Of a stretch of 64,000 bases of DNA, positions 30,690 to 39,277 are shown one piece after another. A model generated the notes under the pieces. The model ran no database searches. It was given only the letters and a program-made list of their open reading frames with translations, and was not told the DNA's origin. A program made the position numbers and the translations under genes. Each line of letters starts with the position of its first letter. Positions within the stretch are counted from its first letter, which is position 1. This DNA comes from an uncultured Phycisphaerales bacterium. GTDB taxonomy: Bacteria > Planctomycetota > Phycisphaerae > Tepidisphaerales > Tepidisphaeraceae. The stretch is taken from the NCBI GenBank assembly GCA_963755915.1, contig CAVWLP010000002.1, positions 2,816,001 through 2,880,000 of the forward strand, given 5' to 3'.

Positions 30690-32765
30690 ATGACCACCAA
30701 ACAAACCATCCTCGGCATGACCGCAGTCTTCGTGCTCTGCATGGGCTATTACCTCTACCTCGACCTCAGGGTCTGGCCCAGCCATCCCGAGTGGTTCCGC
30801 ACCGAGACAACGCCCGATCAAACCGAATCTTCACCGCTGTCGTCCCAGCCTTCGACCACTTCAGTTTCCGCGTCCACTGTTCCCTCCACGCAATCTTCCA
30901 TTGCCCCCGCCACAATCCCTGCCGGGCTCCAGGCGCTCATAACCGTCCCCAGATTCGGTTCCGCCAAAATTGGTTCAACCCAACCGAGTGATCCCACTTA
31001 TGCGTTGGGAATGGAGGTCGATTCTCTCGCGGCCAGCCTCGACTCCGTCACCGTTAACTCCTACAAAAATATCGACGCCGACGGTCTGTATGTTTTCCAG
31101 CAGCCGATCGACCCCTCCAGCGCCGGCCCGCTCGCCACCGGGAACCTCTCGGTCGACGGCCAGACCATCAATCTCTCCCGCCAGATCTGGGGCCTCGAAT
31201 CCTCCTCGCGCGACTCTGCAACCTTCGGCCTCCAGATCAACGGCGCCGATCATAAACCGCTTCTCCACCTCACCAAGACTTTCCAGCTCAAAGCCCGCGG
31301 CCCCAGCTCCAATCGCGACCAGACGGCCGCCGGATATTTCACTGAAATCACTTACCACATTCAAAATTTATCCAGCAAAACCCTCGGTAATGTGCAGATC
31401 GACACCGCCGGGCCAACCATGCCTCCGCGCGAGATGGAACGATTTGACGACCGCACCGTCGTCTCCGGCTACGACCGCGGCGATCAGACCGTCGAATTCA
31501 GCCGCGACATGCTCTCCGAGTTCAAGCCCGAAAACGCCGACAAAGACATCACCGTCTACAAGGGATACAAATTCCTCTGGGCGGGAACGTCCAGCAACTA
31601 TTTCGCCGCCATCGTGCTTCCCGATAACGAAGGCGCGATGAGCCAGGTGCTGATCCACTGCCTGAACCCGCAGGCGCCGTCGGATGAGCGGATTGTCGAA
31701 ACCGACTTCGACAGCGCTGCCCTCTCCATCGCGCCCGGCGCGACGGCCGACCTGCCTTTGTCCGTCTTCTTCGGCCCCAAAGATCGCGGCCTGCTTGAGG
31801 GCGATTTCTATTCAAGCTTCCCGCGCTGTTTCAACCAGCTTCTTGGCACCTCCTCCAGCATGTGCGCCTTCTGCGCATTTCCCTGGCTCGTCGACGGTCT
31901 CGTCGATCTCCTTCGCGCCTTCCACTTCGTCCTGCGCGACTGGGGACTAGCGATCATCGCGCTGGTCGTGCTCGTGCGCGTCATCCTCCATCCCATCAGC
32001 AAGCATTCGCAGGTCTCCATGATGCGGCTTCAGAAAATGGGGCCGGAGATGGAGCGGCTGAAAAAGAAATACGGCAGCGACAAGGAAGGCCTCGCCAAGG
32101 CACAGATGGAAATGCACAAGGAAATGGGCATCGCCCCGTTCCTGGGGTGTCTGCCGATGTTTCTGCAGATGCCGATCTGGATCGCGCTTTATTCGGCGCT
32201 GCAAAACGACATTGCCCTTCGCCAGGCGCCGTTTCTTTGGGGCCTGACGTGGATTCACGATCTCGCCCGGCCCGACCGGCTCATTCACTGGGATTCGCAC
32301 CCGTTCATCGTGCCGATCCTGGGGATGAAGATCGTGTCGCTCAACCTCCTGCCGCTGGTGGTGGCGGTGGTGATGTTCCTGCAGCAGAAGCTAAATCCGC
32401 AGGCGCCGGCCATTACGGACGAGCAGCAGCAGCAGCAAAAGATGATGCGCTATATGTCGCTGCTCTTTTCGCTCTTCTTTTACTGGATGCCGAGCGGGTT
32501 GAATCTGTACATCCTGACCAGCTCAACAATCGCCATCTTCGAAAGCAAGATCATTCGCAAGCACGTGAAGGAGAAGGAAGAGGAAGAAAAGAAGAATCGG
32601 GTGATCATTGACGCCAAGCCGACGCGGCAAGGGAAGCAGAGCAAGAGCGATCGCGAGAACCTGAGCAAACAAACGAAGCAGGGGTGGCTGGGCGGCCTAT
32701 GGACGCGTTTACAGGAGAAGGCGGAAGAGGTTCGGCGGGATGCGGAGAAAAAAGGGAAGCGGTAG
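30690..32765 (+). CDS. yidC: Membrane protein insertase YidC
   Basis: Large periplasmic domain; FFGPK, DWGLAIIALVVLVR, GCLPMFLQMPIWIALY, WIHDLARPD, PSGLNLY. Confidence 0.95.
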   Translation: MTTKQTILGMTAVFVLCMGYYLYLDLRVWPSHPEWFRTETTPDQTESSPLSSQPSTTSVSASTVPSTQSSIAPATIPAGLQALITVPRFGSAKIGSTQPSDPTYALGMEVDSLAASLDSVTVNSYKNIDADGLYVFQQPIDPSSAGPLATGNLSVDGQTINLSRQIWGLESSSRDSATFGLQINGADHKPLLHLTKTFQLKARGPSSNRDQTAAGYFTEITYHIQNLSSKTLGNVQIDTAGPTMPPREMERFDDRTVVSGYDRGDQTVEFSRDMLSEFKPENADKDITVYKGYKFLWAGTSSNYFAAIVLPDNEGAMSQVLIHCLNPQAPSDERIVETDFDSAALSIAPGATADLPLSVFFGPKDRGLLEGDFYSSFPRCFNQLLGTSSSMCAFCAFPWLVDGLVDLLRAFHFVLRDWGLAIIALVVLVRVILHPISKHSQVSMMRLQKMGPEMERLKKKYGSDKEGLAKAQMEMHKEMGIAPFLGCLPMFLQMPIWIALYSALQNDIALRQAPFLWGLTWIHDLARPDRLIHWDSHPFIVPILGMKIVSLNLLPLVVAVVMFLQQKLNPQAPAITDEQQQQQKMMRYMSLLFSLFFYWMPSGLNLYILTSSTIAIFESKIIRKHVKEKEEEEKKNRVIIDAKPTRQGKQSKSDRENLSKQTKQGWLGGLWTRLQEKAEEVRRDAEKKGKR

Positions 32766-32825
32766 GGGGTTTGATCTGGCGCCGGTCCAATTTTTTTTGT
32801 GGTGGGGGACATCGGTACAAAAGGT

Positions 32826-33988
32826 TAATCCCGTTCGGCACGGGGTTCGCGCAAGCAGCAAGATATTGAGATTGCGCCTTTGATCTTTTTATGGCATGCT
32901 GCCGGACGTGCAGGCAAGACTGAAGGAAAAAGAGATCCTGTGCCTCGGGCAGGCGATCACGCTGGTCGACGGGACGGTGCTGACGGCGCTGAGTCGGCTG
33001 GCCAAATCCGCTTGCGGCATCAATGCGCGCTACAACACCTCCCGGGACGGGAAAGCGGTCTATGGCTGGCGTTTGCACGTTCAATTCGATCTGGAGACGT
33101 TCAAAGTCCATCGCCTCGACCGCACTGGCGCTCGCAACGCGGGGGCCAACCGTGAAAACAACGTCCTGCGGCGCAGCCTGGAAGCAGGACGGTGCTATGT
33201 AGGAGACGGCGGCTACGCCGACCGGAGCCTCTTTGCGGACATCGCCGCGGCGCAAAGCTCCTTTGTGATGCGGGCCGCGGAAAACTCGGTGTTTGAGCTG
33301 TTTGAAGAACGATTGCTTTCACAGGAAGCATTGGACGGCGGCGTGGTGCGAGACGCGCTGGTGAAACTCGACGGCCTGGAGACGGCGGCGGATAGGGTGG
33401 TGCGACGGGTGGAAGTGCAGGTGAAACCCCATCCGCGCCGCACGCGCAGCGGCAACAAGCCGACGGACCTGATCATCCTGTACACGAACCTGCTGGACCT
33501 GCCGGCGGAATTGATCGCCCTGATTTATCTGTACCGCTACACCGTTGAGTTGTTCTTCCGGATCTTCAAGCAACTGCTGGGCATGCGTCACCTGCTGAGC
33601 CAACGCCAGGAGGGGATCGACATCCAAATCCACTGCGCGCTGATCGTCTGCGTGCTGATTCAGCTGATCAGCGGCAGGAAGCCGAACAAGGCGATGCGGA
33701 ACATGATCGGCTGGTATCTGCTGGGGCTGGCCGAGGAACAGGACGTGCTTCGATTCCTGAACAAGCCGGATAACACCGGGATTAAGCTGAGGGCAAGAGC
33801 GGAGGCCTTGAAAAAACTGGGAGTAAACTGAAGGGGAATCCGTCGCCGCGGAGACCTCGCGGTTGATGCTGCGCTCTTGCGGACGCCGGCGTGCAGCAGG
33901 GGAAAGTAAAAGTATCTAAGCTTCAATTGTTTCGCGTCCTCCACAGCTTTGGAATGCTCCGATGAAGCCTGCGTGCCGAACGGGATTA
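32826..33988 (+). mobile_element. IS4-family insertion sequence, 1163 bp, probably internally deleted
   Basis: Perfect 17-bp inverted repeats TAATCCCGTTCGGCACG (32826-32842 and 33972-33988); 9-bp target duplication ACAAAAGGT (32817-32825 and 33989-33997). Confidence 0.93.
32896..33831 (+). CDS. IS4-family DDE transposase, lacking the N-terminal domain
   Basis: LVDGT, YVGDGGY and the Y-x2-R-x3-E-x6-K signature YLYRYTVELFFRIFK. Confidence 0.85.
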   Translation: MLPDVQARLKEKEILCLGQAITLVDGTVLTALSRLAKSACGINARYNTSRDGKAVYGWRLHVQFDLETFKVHRLDRTGARNAGANRENNVLRRSLEAGRCYVGDGGYADRSLFADIAAAQSSFVMRAAENSVFELFEERLLSQEALDGGVVRDALVKLDGLETAADRVVRRVEVQVKPHPRRTRSGNKPTDLIILYTNLLDLPAELIALIYLYRYTVELFFRIFKQLLGMRHLLSQRQEGIDIQIHCALIVCVLIQLISGRKPNKAMRNMIGWYLLGLAEEQDVLRFLNKPDNTGIKLRARAEALKKLGVN

Positions 33989-34189
33989 ACAAAAGGTAAC
34001 ACTCCGCAACAAGCTGGGGGGTTTGGGGGAGATGGGTAAGGCATTTTGGAGTATTTGGACATTTTAAGATTTCATTTAAGGTCTATTGTGGTCATGGCTC
34101 AAACGGAATCGAATGAAAGAATCCGTTTTGCGCGGAGGCGCGGAGGCGCTGAGCTTGAGACCGGATTTCTCCGCGCCTTTGCGCCTCTG

Positions 34190-35629
34190 GTGCGTCAGTG
34201 AAACCGGTTTTGTCTTGTGAACTGAAAGGAGTTCACCATGGAATGACCCGTTAGCCGTGTAGCCGCCCGGGCGTGACGACGGAGCAATCGGTCGCGCGAA
34301 GCCCCGGAAGGCGAAGGCGCGAGCCGTAGCGTTAAGCGAACCCAAACCAGCCTCGTTACGCCAATGGGAGTGGCCAACCCGTCAGAGAGGGCCAAGCCGG
34401 CGCGGACGATGAAGCAGCGGGTGCGAGCAATCGTCCGGCTCCTCGGGGTCGATGGGGACGGCGCGTGCCGACAGACAAGATCGGGAACTGAGAGACCCCA
34501 CGCATCGTTGTGCGGCTCGTTGGAAAGACATAACCAAGGGACGGGAAGCGTGGGGAGTCGGATGGGCTCATAGTAGCTGAGAAGCGGGGTAATGCCCGTG
34601 AGCGGAGGCGAAGCCTGCCGCGAGCCAAGGAGCCCTGACGGTATCGAGCGGAAGTAAGAAGAAGAGAGGCCCGCTTGCAGGGACAACCTGACAGTACGGA
34701 TGATCCGACAGACTTGCCGGAGCACCTGAGGGTGAACTCCAGGGGTCTGCCGGGGAAAGTCTTTCTTCTGAGACAGAAGCTATACCTCAAAGCCAAGCGG
34801 GAACCGGGGTTTCGGTTTTACACCTTGTACGACCGGATCTGCCGGCGCGATGTTCTGGAAGCGGCGTGGGACCGGGTGTCCGCCAACGGCGGGGCGCCCG
34901 GCTTGGACGGGGTGAGCATCGAGAAGGTGCAAAACTCCGAGCACGGCGTCAGTGGATTCCTGAGCGAGATCGAAGAATCGCTCAAGACCCGCACCTACCG
35001 CCCGCAGCCGGTGAAGCGCGTGTACATTCCCAAAGCCAACGGCAAGCGGCGTCCATTGGGCATCCCCACGATCCGAGATCGCGTGGTGCAGATGGCGGTG
35101 CTGCTGCTCATCGAGCCGATCTTCGAGGCGGATTTCCTGGACTGTTCGTATGGATTCCGTCCCGGTCGCTCGGCTCACGATGCGCTGGAGGCGATCAAGC
35201 AAAACCTCCAGCAGGGCCGAAGGGAAGTGTATGACGCGGATTTGCAGTCGTACTTCGACACGATTCCCCATGAGAAACTGATGGCGTGTGTCCAGAAGCG
35301 GATCACGGACGGAAGCGTGCTGAAGCTGATCCGGATGTGGCTGAAGGCGGTGATCGTCGAAGAAGGCGAGAAGCCCGGCGATCCACCGAAAGTCACCCGG
35401 AGCAAACAGGGAACGCCGCAGGGCGGAGTGATCTCGCCGCTGCTGGCCAACCTATATCTGCACTGGTTTGATAAATTGTTCCACCGATCCGATGGCCCGC
35501 ATCGCTGGGCGAACGCCCGGCTGATCCGGTACGCCGACGACTTTGTCATCATGGCAAGGTATATAGGCCCTCAGATCAAGCAGTTCGTGGAGCTGAGCGG
35601 CAATCGGGTCGTTCAGTTCTCTACTCTAC
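34190..35629 (+). mobile_element. Group II intron, internally deleted (RT C-terminus, domain X and ribozyme domain V missing)
   Basis: 5' end GTGCG at 34190; ~480-nt leader; RT ORF; domain-VI-like hairpin GAGCTGAGCGGC/GTCGTTCAGTTC at 35590-35619 followed by the terminal CTACTCTAC; the flanks rejoin into an intact palindrome arm. Confidence 0.88.
34675..35592 (+). pseudogene. ltrA: Group II intron reverse transcriptase/maturase, truncated
   Basis: RT0 [71 protein letters not shown]. Homology stops about 18 codons after YADD. Confidence 0.9.
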
Positions 35630-35834
35630 CGCGAACCTTGTATTTTTCCCGCGTTTCGGGAGAAAAGGATGGGACCACGGATTTCGCGGATGGGCGCGGA
35701 TAAGAGGGAATGGCGTTTGTCCGTGGACGGCGAATAATGGAAATGTAACTCTTCGCTAAGGGACGCGAGTCCGCTCAACTACTTTTTCTTTCCGCCGATT
35801 GAAATACGGCTTGGCTGCACGGAGGATAAGGGCA

Positions 35835-37512
35835 ATGAATTCCGGCTCCGAGCTTCCGGTGATCGGCCGCGTCGCATATTTCACGAGCAACGACCATTGG
35901 TTGATTCACGAGATCGCTGCGCGATCAAGGAACATGCGCAGAAAACCCCGAAATGGATTCCAACCGCCCGGCAGGGGGCGCTGTACGGCTGGAGCCGATT
36001 TGTGTCCGACGTCACAAACGGGGGCTTTGCGCAGTTCTTCTGGAATACGCGCGGAAACAAACGTGCAAAAGAGCTGTGCGATCTGCTCGATTTCCTCGAA
36101 CTCGTCGAAGCCAAAAAGGTACTTGTCAAAGCGATGGCCATCTTCAGTGCGAATCAGGAAAAGTTTCAGTTGAGCGATCCCCGGGGACACCGGCTTTTTG
36201 CCGGCGTGCAGGAATTCAAGCGGTTGGAGGGCGAATTTTCAAAACTCGACTTCGCCGGTGCGGAAGCGGCCATTGCGGACTGGGTGCGGCGCGATATTGC
36301 AAATCTGGTGATCGGGGACGATGGGCAGGCAATCGACACCTCCTTTACCGGCACGATCGAGGTCCGTCGTCCCGACGGCTCTCTTGCCGAGCAGCTCGAG
36401 GTCAAAAATGGCCGAGCCGACGGGACGTACCGGGAATTTTTTGAGGATGGCGCCGTTCGGGAGTTCAAACTCTATCAGGCCGGCGAATCCATGGGCGAGT
36501 ATTGGCCCAATGGGGAGGTCGCAAAAAAGGAATCGAAGCAAGGCGAGGAGAGAATCATTGAATGGTATTATCCGAGCGGAAAGCTTCATAAACGCATGGT
36601 GCTGGGAGCCTCCGGCATTTCGCCCGAACCAGTGCGCCTCTTTCATGAAAATGGACAACTGGCCGAAGAATTGTCCGTGCGCCGAAGAAACCCTTACGGC
36701 CCCTGGCTGAAGTTTTTTGAAGACGGATCCCCGCAGCTCCAGGCAGAATTCATTGATGACCGTGAGCTGATCGTTCGAAACGCCTGGGATGTGGATCGTC
36801 GCCAGGTTGTGGCGGATGGGAATGGGACCTTTGACGATGACGGTCGCAGCATTTACCTCGCACACACCATTTTTACTCGCTCCATGTGGCGTCGCGTGAG
36901 CGAGGTGCGTGACGGGATTCGCCACGGCCAAACGACGGTTTACCACAAGGGAGTTCTATGGCGCACGGAGAACTATTCGGGCGGGAAACTTCATGGCGCC
37001 GCCATACTTTATTGGGACAATGGCCGCATCCGGAGCACCAGCGAATATGAAAACGGCAAACAGGTTAAAACCGAGTCGTTTCCGAAATTCGATAATCCGG
37101 TGCCGGCCGTCCTGCTGAGCGTCGAGGCCAACGCAGATCTTTATGAAGCGTGGAATCATCTTCGGCTGGATGAGTATCCGTCGGCCCGGAATCTCGACGA
37201 AATCCGCGCCGAGCTGCAACTTCCACAGTTTCTGATGGAGGTGCAGGAGCGCAATCGGCTGGGGACAATTAAATCCAGGTACGAGGACTGGAATACATTT
37301 GACGACAGCATTGCTTATTTTCTGACGGTGAGTCCGTCGGGGGAGGTTGTGGAGACGCGGGCCAACGGCAGCGGGACATACTCCAGCAAAGATTGGAACA
37401 CCTATGTTCCGCTACTCAAAAAGCTGCGTTTCACGCCCGGATGTGTGCGCGGTGCGCCGTGAAGTGCCGCGTGCTGGCACACGTGAACCACACATTTGTG
37501 GAAGGCGGCTGA
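35835..37512 (+). CDS. DUF4375(DMP19)-like domain + MORN-variant (YwqK-like) repeats + possible TonB-C-like tail (probable frameshifts at both ends)
   Basis: DVTNGGFAQFFWN motif; repeated (Y/F)(Y/H/W)xNG units; C-terminal FLTVSPSGEV...LRFTPG, continuing AVKCRV in a shifted frame; GGAGGA upstream of ATG 35835. Confidence 0.65.
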
Positions 37513-37659
37513 TCGCCTGGATGGCCCCGCCGACTAACTCCATCGATCGCCTCGCGGCCGACGTTCAGGGTCGGAACCGGCGAGCCAGGAGAAGGTAAAG
37601 ATGTTGCTGTCCGCTTCAAACCGCTTTTGAGCCGGGTATTCAAACTGACTAAAGAATCT

Positions 37660-37804
37660 ATTTTCGCGCCGAGGCGCAGAGCGCGGAGAATAGGAAATTG
37701 AATTTCTCTGCGGGCTCTGCGTCTCAGCGCGAACCTTTCGCTTTTCCGGCTTTTTTTCGAAAAGAGGATTGAACCACGGATTTCGCGGATGGGCGCGGAT
37801 AAGA
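37660..37804. repeat. Family-A palindrome followed by a 32-bp repeat shared with 35674-35705
   Basis: TTTTCGCGCCGAGGCGCAGAGCGCGGAGAA...TTCTCTGCGGGCTCTGCGTCTCAGCGCGAA, then ACCACGGATTTCGCGGATGGGCGCGGATAAGA. Confidence 0.85.
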
Positions 37805-37925
37805 AATACATTTTTGCCACAGATTTAAAGGCAGATGAACGCGGATAATTGACCGCCCTCCGGAGGCGAGCCCTTTGGTTTCCGGGAAGATTTCGCCACG
37901 CTAGACTTGTTAGGCTCCTGACCTC

Positions 37926-39218
37926 ATGTTTTCGCACGACACCATCGTCGCAATCAGTTCTCCCGTCGCCCCCGCGGCCAGGATCATCGTCCGCATCAGC
38001 GGGCAAAGTGCATTTGCGATCGCCGAAAGATTCGGAATCGAATCGCATAAACCCGCCTCGGCTGCCTGGCTGGATTTGCAGTTCGACGGCCTCCGCTGCC
38101 CGGCGTGGGTCTATCAATTCAAATCGCCGGCCAGTTATACCGGCGAGGATTTGATCGAGCTGCACCTGCCGGGCAATCCGCTGCTGGCTCGGATGGCCGT
38201 CGATTGGGCCCTGCGCCACGGCGCTTGCGCTGCCGAGCCGGGAGAATTCACGGCCCGCGCCTATTTCCACGGCAAGCTCGATCTTTCCCAGGCCGAGGGG
38301 GTGGCGGCGACGATTGCCGCGCACAATCAACAGCAGCTTGCCGCCTCGCGGCAGCTTATGGCCGGCGAGCTCGCCCGCCGGCTTCGGCCGACGATGGACT
38401 CGCTTGCGGAATCACTTGCTCTGCTCGAAGCGGGGATCGATTTTTCGGATGAGGGGATCGAATTCATCAAGGCGCCCGATCTGAATCGGCGGATCGAGTC
38501 GGCGATTGACGATCTCGAATCCCTCGCCCGTCAGAGCGTGCGATTTGAGAAGCTCACGCATGAGCCGACGATAGTGCTTGCCGGGCGGGCGAATGCGGGG
38601 AAGAGCACGCTGACCAATGTGCTTTCGGGGCAGGAGCGCTCGATTGTTTCGCCGATCTCGGGGACGACGCGGGATGCGCTTTCGGTGGAGATCATGCTGC
38701 GGCGCGGGATTGCCCGCCTTCTCGACGTGGCGGGCATAGAGCCGGGCGGTGGGGAGATCGAAACGCAGATGCAATCGATGGCCATGTCGGCCATCGAGCG
38801 GGCGGATGTGCTGGTGCTGGTTCGCGATTGCACGGATGGGCGGGGTCCACTGGAATTGCCGCGTGGGCCGGATATTTGCGTCGCGTCGAAGTGCGATTTG
38901 CGCCTGGCGCCATGGGGGGATTATTTGCCGATCAGTGCTGTGACGGGGGCAGGAATATCTGAGCTTCGAGAGAAGCTGGATCAGGTGGCGTTCGGAGCCG
39001 ATTCGGCGGGGGTGAGTTTGGCGCTGAGTGGGCGGCATGTGCAATTGCTCGAGGAAGGCGCTGCGGCTTTGCGGCGCGCGGGGGTGGAAAAAGTTTCTAT
39101 CGAGGTTGCCGCTGCTGAAATTAGGTCGGCGCTTGATTCGCTCGGGGAAATTCTTGGAGTGGTTACGCCGGATGATATTCTGGGTCGGATATTTTCCAAA
39201 TTCTGTATTGGGAAGTGA
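37926..39218 (+). CDS. mnmE: tRNA modification GTPase MnmE
   Basis: DTIVAISS, PASYTGED, AEPGEFTARAY, GRANAGKS, GTTRD, terminal IFSKFCIGK. Confidence 0.95.
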   Translation: MFSHDTIVAISSPVAPAARIIVRISGQSAFAIAERFGIESHKPASAAWLDLQFDGLRCPAWVYQFKSPASYTGEDLIELHLPGNPLLARMAVDWALRHGACAAEPGEFTARAYFHGKLDLSQAEGVAATIAAHNQQQLAASRQLMAGELARRLRPTMDSLAESLALLEAGIDFSDEGIEFIKAPDLNRRIESAIDDLESLARQSVRFEKLTHEPTIVLAGRANAGKSTLTNVLSGQERSIVSPISGTTRDALSVEIMLRRGIARLLDVAGIEPGGGEIETQMQSMAMSAIERADVLVLVRDCTDGRGPLELPRGPDICVASKCDLRLAPWGDYLPISAVTGAGISELREKLDQVAFGADSAGVSLALSGRHVQLLEEGAAALRRAGVEKVSIEVAAAEIRSALDSLGEILGVVTPDDILGRIFSKFCIGK

Positions 39219-39237
39219 ACGCCGGGCTTTTTTTAGG

Positions 39238-39277
39238 CCCTCACCCCTGCCCTCTCCCAGAGTACTGGGCGAGGGGG
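39238..39277. repeat. Family-B palindrome
   Basis: CCCTCACCCCTGCCCTCTCCCAGAGTACTGGGCGAGGGGG. Confidence 0.8.

Noticed and set aside
34675-37512. RT plus neighbouring gene as a retron, DGR or defence RT system
   Set aside because: The RT has group II intron signatures (RT0, YADD) inside GTGCG...AC intron boundaries. No template/variable repeat pair or msr-msd structure was seen.
38720-38900. MnmE G3/G4 variants (DVAG, SKCD)
   Set aside because: These are modest substitutions in an otherwise complete MnmE with the FCIGK end, not enough to claim altered function.
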